The position numbers and the translations under genes were made by a program. The notes under the pieces were generated by a model. That model was not told the origin of the DNA and ran no database searches. It was given only the letters and a program-made list of their open reading frames with translations. A stretch of 64,000 bases of DNA from an uncultured Acidobacteriota bacterium (GTDB taxonomy: Bacteria > Acidobacteriota > Thermoanaerobaculia > Multivoradales > SZUA-115): assembly GCA_963805975.1 (NCBI GenBank), contig CAWDVR010000003.1:416001-480000 (forward strand). Reading direction: 5' to 3'. This document shows positions 57,521-64,000 of this stretch, piece by piece (within the stretch, counting starts at the first letter, position 1; each line of letters begins with the position of its first letter).

Positions 57521-57715
57521 ATGTTTGGAACCGTCAAGATAAAGCTCGACAAGGAACTGGTCGAGCGGGTGAAGAAAGTGAGCGACGTGGCCGGGTACTC
57601 CTCGCCCGAGGAGTTCATCACCCATGCGCTCGAAAAGGAGCTGGCGAAGCTCGAGGACGCCGGCTCCGAAGAAGAGATGAAGAAGCGCCTGCGCGGTCTC
57701 GGCTACATCTCCTGA
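57521..57715 (+). CDS. small RHH/CopG-like protein with C-terminal RLRGLGY motif
   Basis: AAGGAG SD; VKIKLDKELVERV..GYSSPEEFI; ends EEEMKKRLRGLGYIS. Confidence 0.8.
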   Translation: MFGTVKIKLDKELVERVKKVSDVAGYSSPEEFITHALEKELAKLEDAGSEEEMKKRLRGLGYIS

Positions 57716-57719
57716 GGCG

Positions 57720-58568
57720 ATGTCCACCGTCAACGCCCTGCTGCGCCCGCTGTTCGACGCGTTGCTCTCCCCCTTCGCGGGCCTGCCCGCCTGGGCGGGG
57801 CTGGCGGTGGTGTCCCTCGTCGTCTCGGTGCTGATGCTCCTGGTCTACAAGCGGTTCTCGAACCAGGCCAAGCTCGAGGAGGTCAAGCGCCAGATCTACG
57901 CCGGCATCTTCGAGATCCGCCTGTTCAACGACGACTTCCGCGCCATCTTCCGGGCCCAGGGCGAGATCCTGCGCCACAACCTGCGCTATCTGGGCTACTC
58001 GCTGGTGCCCATGGCGTGGATGCTGGTGCCGCTGCTGCTGATCGTGGCGCAGCTCCAGTTCCACTACGGCTACGAGGGTCTGAAGCCGGGCGAGCCGACG
58101 CTGCTCACGGTCAAGCTCAAAGAGGACTGGAGCAGCCGTTCGCTGGCGGCCGACGCCACGGGCAAGCCGCGGGTGACCCTGGAGGCGCCGGCGGGCTTCA
58201 CGGTGGAGACCCCGGCGGTGTGGTCGCCGTCCGAGAAGGAGCTCGCCTGGCGGGTGGTGGCGGAGCGTCCGGGAAGCTACGAGCTGAAGCTCCAGGCCGG
58301 CGGCGAGCCGCTCGCCAAGTCCGCCGTCAGCGCGGACGAGATCATCCGCCGCTCGCCGATCCGGGTCGGTACGAGCTTCTTCGATCAGCTCCTCTACCCG
58401 GCGGAGGACCCGGTGCCCGCCGCGAGCGCCGTCGAGTCCATCACTCTCGGCTACCCCGAGGCCGAGGTCAGCCTCTTCGGCTGGAACACGCACTGGATCA
58501 TCGCGTTCCTCATCCTCACGATCGTCTTCGCCTTTGCCCTGAAGGGGTTGTTCGGGGTGACGATCTAG
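57720..58568 (+). CDS. EMC3/TMCO1 (DUF106)-like three-TM membrane protein with extracytoplasmic insertion
   Basis: Amphipathic N-helix, TM1, YKRFSNQAKL helical hairpin, SLVPMAWMLVPLL TM2, ~130-aa beta-rich loop, FGW..HW TM3 ending KGLFGV. Confidence 0.65.
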   Translation: MSTVNALLRPLFDALLSPFAGLPAWAGLAVVSLVVSVLMLLVYKRFSNQAKLEEVKRQIYAGIFEIRLFNDDFRAIFRAQGEILRHNLRYLGYSLVPMAWMLVPLLLIVAQLQFHYGYEGLKPGEPTLLTVKLKEDWSSRSLAADATGKPRVTLEAPAGFTVETPAVWSPSEKELAWRVVAERPGSYELKLQAGGEPLAKSAVSADEIIRRSPIRVGTSFFDQLLYPAEDPVPAASAVESITLGYPEAEVSLFGWNTHWIIAFLILTIVFAFALKGLFGVTI

Positions 58569-58576
58569 CGCTCTGA

Positions 58577-58605
58577 TTGACGCCTCGCTCGTGGCGGAGT
58601 ATGTT
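58577..58605 (+). promoter_or_regulatory. sigma70-type promoter of the TA operon, probably leaderless
   Basis: TTGACG-17 bp-TATGTT, with the ATG 6 nt later and no SD. Confidence 0.7.
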
Positions 58606-58611
58606 CACGGT

Positions 58612-58842
58612 ATGAAGTTGAAGACATCCGTCACACTTTCAGAAGAGACAGTCCGAGCGCTCGACGAGATCGCGGGCCCGGGCGGGAACCGCTCGCGGGT
58701 CATCGAGGAAGCGATGGGCGAGTTCGTGCGGCGCCGGAGCCGAGAGCTGCGCGATACGCGTGACCTCGAGATCATCAACCGCAACGCCGAGCAGCTCAAC
58801 CGCGAGGTCGAGGACATCCTGGCCTACCAGACGGAGCCGTGA
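58612..58842 (+). CDS. RHH antitoxin
   Basis: [21 protein letters not shown]; GTGA overlap with the toxin gene. Confidence 0.85.
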   Translation: MKLKTSVTLSEETVRALDEIAGPGGNRSRVIEEAMGEFVRRRSRELRDTRDLEIINRNAEQLNREVEDILAYQTEP

Positions 58843-59165
58843 GGCGCGGAGACCTCTATCGCGTCCGCCGGCCGGGTGGAGGTGATCCCAAGAAGAGCCG
58901 GGTCTTCGTCATCGTCAGCCGCGAGGCGCTCGTCGAGTCCCGGTTCTCCACCGTGATCTGTGCTCCGGTGCTCAGCCAGCGCGATGGGCTCGCCACTCAG
59001 GTGGACGTCGGCCCGGACGATGGGTTGAAGCATGCCTCGAGCATCCACTGCGACGCGCTCGTCAGCCTCCCGAAATCGGTACTCACGGACTACGTGAGCT
59101 CCCTCGGTCCAGGGAGCATCCGCGCCCTGGACCGAGCGCTTCGCATTGCCCTTGCTGTGGAGTGA
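58839..59165 (+). CDS. PemK/MazF-family endoribonuclease toxin
   Basis: [27 protein letters not shown] and LDRALRIAL motifs. Confidence 0.9.
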   Translation: MRRGDLYRVRRPGGGDPKKSRVFVIVSREALVESRFSTVICAPVLSQRDGLATQVDVGPDDGLKHASSIHCDALVSLPKSVLTDYVSSLGPGSIRALDRALRIALAVE

Positions 59166-59216
59166 GCCGGTAGTCGCCCGCGAGGCAGAAAGTACGAGCT
59201 TTTCCTGGCCTACGTC

Positions 59217-60365
<1,149 letters not shown>

Positions 60366-60478
60366 CCCCGCCCCGCTCTGTCGGCTTCTCGCGCCGGCTT
60401 GTCGCCTTGGCGCGGGGTCTGGCGCACTCTCTCAAGAGTGCAGCCCATCACACACGCTCTCGAACCGGAGGTCTCGTC

Positions 60479-60787
60479 ATGAAAAGCGCCAAGATCGCGC
60501 TCGTGCTCCTCGCCCTTCTCGTCCCCGCGCTCGCCTCGGCCGAAGGCTCGTGCCCTGCCCCGGCGGCGACTTCAGCCGATGCGCTTCTGGCCCTCCTCCA
60601 GGAGGCCCCGGCGCCAGCGCTGGACCTTTCCGGCGACGCCGCACCGACGTTCCTGTTTCCCCCACAGTGCGACAAGGCCTGGTGCTCGGAGAACCGCTGG
60701 GGCTGCCGGCAGGACTGCCTCCCCTGCGGCTACTCCTTCACCTGCTATGTGCTCGACTGCGCCTACGACTGCCACTGTCTCTGCTAG
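60479..60787 (+). CDS. secreted cysteine-rich prepropeptide (102 aa)
   Basis: GGAGG SD, Sec signal (ASA), acidic Ala/Pro-rich pro-region, C-terminal ~40 aa with 10 Cys. Confidence 0.82.
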   Translation: MKSAKIALVLLALLVPALASAEGSCPAPAATSADALLALLQEAPAPALDLSGDAAPTFLFPPQCDKAWCSENRWGCRQDCLPCGYSFTCYVLDCAYDCHCLC

Positions 60788-60836
60788 GGCTGCGCCCCGA
60801 CACGGCCTGCTGAGTCCAGAGCCCAGCAGGAGGAGG

Positions 60837-61826
60837 TCAAGGAACCCGGCCGCCGAGGATCGCGGCCAGCTTGCTGGAGTCGATGTTGCCGCCGGAGACG
60901 ATGGCGACCACGGGACCCTCGAGGTCCCGGGCGGCAAGCGCGGCGGCAAGGGACAGCGCACCGGCGCCTTCGGCCACCACGCGATGGCGCTCCACGAGGA
61001 GGCGCACGGCCGCCGCGGCGCCGGCGAGCGAGACCACGCACGAGCCCGCGACGAGCCGTTCGGCGAGCGGCCACATCTCCGCGATCAGACCCTTGCTGCC
61101 GGCGCCGTCGACGAAGCTCGGGCGGTAGTCGATGGCGACCGGCCTGCCCTCCGCCAGCGAAGCGGCGAGCGGCGCGCCGGTCTCCACCTCGCAGGCGAAG
61201 ACCCGGACCTCGGGCCGCAGCGCCGCGAGCACCGATGCGATGCCGCAGGCGAGGCCACCGCCACCCCAGGGGACGAGCACGGTCCGCGCCTCGGGCAGGT
61301 CCTCGAGGATCTCGAGCGCGATGGTGCCGTTGCCGGCCATCACCGCACGGTCGGCGCAAGGGTGAACGAAGAGGCCTTCGAGACCGGGGTAGCGGCGCTC
61401 GAGGAGCACCTGCCACCAGAGGTCGAAGGGCACCTTCTCGACGCTCGCTCCCAGGCGCTCGATGGCCGCGAGCTTGGTCGCGGGCGCCGTTTCCGGCACC
61501 ACCGCGGTGGCGGGCACGCCGAGCTCGCGCGCGGCCCACGCCACGCCCTGCGCCATGTTGCCCGCGCTCGCGGTGTAGACGCCGCGGGCGAGCTCCTCGC
61601 GCGGCGCCGCGAGCAGTGCGTTCGCCGCCGCTCGCAGCTTGAAAGAGCCGATGGGCTGCAGGTTCTCGAGCTTCAGGTAGACGGGAAAGGGCGGAGCGCC
61701 GGCCAGGCCGGCGCTGTCGAGGCGCACCAGCGGCGTGCGCACCGCCATGCCGGCGATGCGCTCGCGGGCGGCATGCACCTCATCCAGGCTCGGGGCGTCG
61801 AGGCTCGGCGCCTCAAGCGGGGGCGT
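60837..61826 (-). CDS. PLP-dependent threonine/serine dehydratase-like protein
   Basis: LKLENLQPIGSFKLR, SAGN, PWGGGGL and SGGNID motifs. Start uncertain (ACG at 61826 behind GGAGG). Confidence 0.88.
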   Translation of the reverse strand, partial: TPPLEAPSLDAPSLDEVHAARERIAGMAVRTPLVRLDSAGLAGAPPFPVYLKLENLQPIGSFKLRAAANALLAAPREELARGVYTASAGNMAQGVAWAARELGVPATAVVPETAPATKLAAIERLGASVEKVPFDLWWQVLLERRYPGLEGLFVHPCADRAVMAGNGTIALEILEDLPEARTVLVPWGGGGLACGIASVLAALRPEVRVFACEVETGAPLAASLAEGRPVAIDYRPSFVDGAGSKGLIAEMWPLAERLVAGSCVVSLAGAAAAVRLLVERHRVVAEGAGALSLAAALAARDLEGPVVAIVSGGNIDSSKLAAILGGRVP

Positions 61827-62844
61827 GGCTTCCTCCGGTTGCGAGCGGCGTGCCGCGCCCGGCCGCCAGCGCCGCGAGATACACGTGCCGGGCCGCCGCC
61901 GCGTCCTCGGCCCCCAGGCCCAGCGACTTGAAGAGGGTGACCTGGGCGCCGTCCTGGCGGCCTGCGATCGTGCCGGCGAGCGCCTCGCCCAGCTCGCCGG
62001 CAACACAGCTCTCCTCCAGCTCTCCCTGCCGGAGCGGGATCAGGAGGTCCCCGGCTTCGTTCCACGCCGACTCCCGCCGGTCGACGAACACCCGCGCGCG
62101 GCGGATGGCCTCGGTGTCGAGCTCGCGCGTCGCCGGGGTGCAGGCGCCCACGGCGTTGACGTGGCAGCCGGGGGCGAGCCAGCGCCCGAAGACGATCGGC
62201 TCCCGGGCGGCGGAGACCGTGCAGACGATCCCGGCGCCGGTGATCGATTCCTCGGGCGTTGCGGCCACCTCGATCGGGAGGCCCCAGCGCCGAGACTCCT
62301 CGGCGGCGAAGCGCTCCGCGCTCGCCGGCGTCCGGCTCCAGACCCGCACCCGCGAGAGCGGGCGGACCGCCTGCACGGCTTCCAGATGGCTCCTGGCCTG
62401 CGTGCCGGTTCCCAGCAGGGCGAGGTCGGAAGCCTCGGGCCGGGCGAGGAGGCGGGTCGCGACCGCGCTCACCGCGGCGGTGCGGATGGCGGTGATCGAG
62501 GCGGCGTCGAGCACGGCCAAGGGCCGGCCGGCGCCGGCTTCGAAGAGCAGCACGAAGCCGAGATGGGTCTCCTCCGATTTCTCCCAGTTCGCGGGGAACA
62601 CGGTGAGAGCCTTGAGCGCCATCACCGCGGGTTCCGTGCCGCGGGCCGGAAGGGCGGACGGCATGGTGCCCAGGAGGCCACGCCGGTCGGGAAGCCACAG
62701 GGCCGAGCGCAGCGGCTGCAACGCCTCGCCGCGGGAGAGCTCCGCCAGCGTCGAGGCCATCACCTCGATGCACTCCGCCATCGGGAGCAGTGCCTCGACG
62801 TCGCGTCGGCCGAGGAAGAGAGGGTCTTCTCGTGCTCGCTCCAT
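61813..62844 (-). CDS. ornithine cyclodeaminase/mu-crystallin-family protein
   Basis: ITAIRTAAVS, GTGTQA, HVNAVGA and LFKSLGLGAED motifs. Confidence 0.92.
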   Translation of the reverse strand: MERAREDPLFLGRRDVEALLPMAECIEVMASTLAELSRGEALQPLRSALWLPDRRGLLGTMPSALPARGTEPAVMALKALTVFPANWEKSEETHLGFVLLFEAGAGRPLAVLDAASITAIRTAAVSAVATRLLARPEASDLALLGTGTQARSHLEAVQAVRPLSRVRVWSRTPASAERFAAEESRRWGLPIEVAATPEESITGAGIVCTVSAAREPIVFGRWLAPGCHVNAVGACTPATRELDTEAIRRARVFVDRRESAWNEAGDLLIPLRQGELEESCVAGELGEALAGTIAGRQDGAQVTLFKSLGLGAEDAAAARHVYLAALAAGRGTPLATGGSHAPA

Positions 62845-62909
62845 CAACAAATCTCCTTCTCGGTCCTGCAACGCTGGCACCAGGATACCCGGAACGTTGC
62901 AGAAACCTC

Positions 62910-62940
62910 TTGCACCTCACGCAGCGTGAGGTTCTAGCAT
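62910..62940 (+). promoter_or_regulatory. MerR-type promoter with TipA-like operator
   Basis: TTGCAC-19 bp-TAGCAT with a perfect dyad ACCTCACGC-A-GCGTGAGGT (62914-62932). Confidence 0.88.
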
Positions 62941-62979
62941 GCTCCGCGTGGCCACGAAGCACCTCGTGCCGCGAGGAGG

Positions 62980-63729
62980 ATGGACATGAAACCGTTGCCT
63001 TGGAAGGTCGGAGAGCTGGCTCGCCGGACCGGGTTGTCGGTGCGTGCCCTCCACCACTACGACGAGATCGGCCTGCTGCGGCCGTCGCTGCGCAGTGCCG
63101 CCGGCCATCGCCTGTACGACCTGCGCGACGTCTCCCGGCTGCAGCAGATCCAGTCGTTGCGCAGCATGGGGTTTCCCCTGGAGGAGATCCGGCGGTTTCT
63201 CGAGAGCCCCGGCGTCTCTCCGCAGCGCGTCATCCACCTTCATGTCGCCCGGCTGCGCGAGCAGATCTCGCTCGCGACGCGGCTGGCCGAGCGCCTGCAG
63301 GCGGTGGCGCACCCCTTGGGCTCCGCGGAGATGGTCTCCGTGGACGAGCTCTGCAAAACCATTGAGGACATGAGCATGTTCGACCAATACTTTACGACCG
63401 AGCAACTCGAAGAGCTGCGCGTGCGGGGCGAGCAGACCGGCCCCGCGCGCATGGAAGAGGTGGGCCGCGAATGGGCCGAGCTCATCCCCGCGATGCGCGC
63501 GGAGATGGAGAAGGGCTCCGACCCCGCGAGCCCGCGGGTGCAGGAGCTGGCGCGCCGCTGGAGAGGGCTCGTCCAGGAGTTCACCGGCGGCAACCCGGGG
63601 ATCGAGCAGTCGCTGCGCAACATGTATTCTCACGAAGGCCCGGCCTTGCAGCAAAGGCTCGGCAACGTGCCGGACCCGGAGCTGTTCGCCTACGTCTCGA
63701 AGGCCAACGCGGCGGCGAAAACTGGTTGA
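62980..63729 (+). CDS. MerR-family regulator with TipAS-like effector domain (TipA/SkgA-like)
   Basis: VGELARRTGLSVRALHHYDEIGLL; DPASPRVQELARRW...FTGG. Confidence 0.92.
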   Translation: MDMKPLPWKVGELARRTGLSVRALHHYDEIGLLRPSLRSAAGHRLYDLRDVSRLQQIQSLRSMGFPLEEIRRFLESPGVSPQRVIHLHVARLREQISLATRLAERLQAVAHPLGSAEMVSVDELCKTIEDMSMFDQYFTTEQLEELRVRGEQTGPARMEEVGREWAELIPAMRAEMEKGSDPASPRVQELARRWRGLVQEFTGGNPGIEQSLRNMYSHEGPALQQRLGNVPDPELFAYVSKANAAAKTG

Positions 63730-63852
63730 AGCAGGCTTGACGCCCCGCCCCAGCCCCTCTCGGGGCGGGGTGTTCATGCTCTTACTGCATCGGCGGAATG
63801 CAATCGCTCCGCGGTGGGTTCTTGGTGGCCGAGGTCGAAAGAGGAGGCCATT

Positions 63853-64000
63853 ATGAGGACCGTTCACGGACTGCACCACGTCACCGCCATCTCCGGGCCC
63901 GCGCAGGAGAACGTCGATTTCTACGCCGGTGTGCTCGGCATGCGGCTGGTCAAGAAGAGCGTCAACCAGGACGACCCCGGCACCTACCACCTGTTCTACG
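63853..64000 (+). CDS. VOC-family ring-cleaving dioxygenase/glyoxalase, N-terminal part (runs off window)
   Basis: Own translation: [49 protein letters not shown]; GAGGAGG SD. Confidence 0.88.
   Translation, partial: MRTVHGLHHVTAISGPAQENVDFYAGVLGMRLVKKSVNQDDPGTYHLFY

Overview
High-GC bacterial chromosomal window. The gene content points to Acidobacteriota, probably Thermoanaerobaculia (inference): five ADOP-type duplicated permeases with a PadR, VWA proteins, an FG-GAP/ASPIC-UnbV protein and an FxDGFESG C-terminal tail. About 60 real genes lie under many GC-driven shadow ORFs. They include housekeeping genes (dacB, mpg, dcd, glpX, an acyl-CoA dehydrogenase, infC with an AUU start, moaB), an RsbU/RsbW/RsbV-type partner-switch set, a yybP-ykoY riboswitch-terC unit and an MntR/DtxR regulator, two intact TA modules and one probable relic, and a TipA-like regulator with its operator. 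I saw no rRNA, tRNA, CRISPR array or transposase. Strongest novelty candidates: (1) a locus at 52.6-58.6 kb combining a sulfotransferase, two AlkP-family paralogs with different membrane-targeting signals, a small RHH protein with an RLxxLGY tail, and an archaeal/ER-type EMC3/TMCO1-like (DUF106) membrane protein; (2) an orphan Zn-deaminase effector behind a low-complexity leader ending in IQRM; (3) a three-copy intergenic element with a conserved ~40-nt loop closed by unrelated long stems; (4) a secreted 10-Cys defensin-like prepropeptide. All family calls come from motif recognition by eye, not from database searches.
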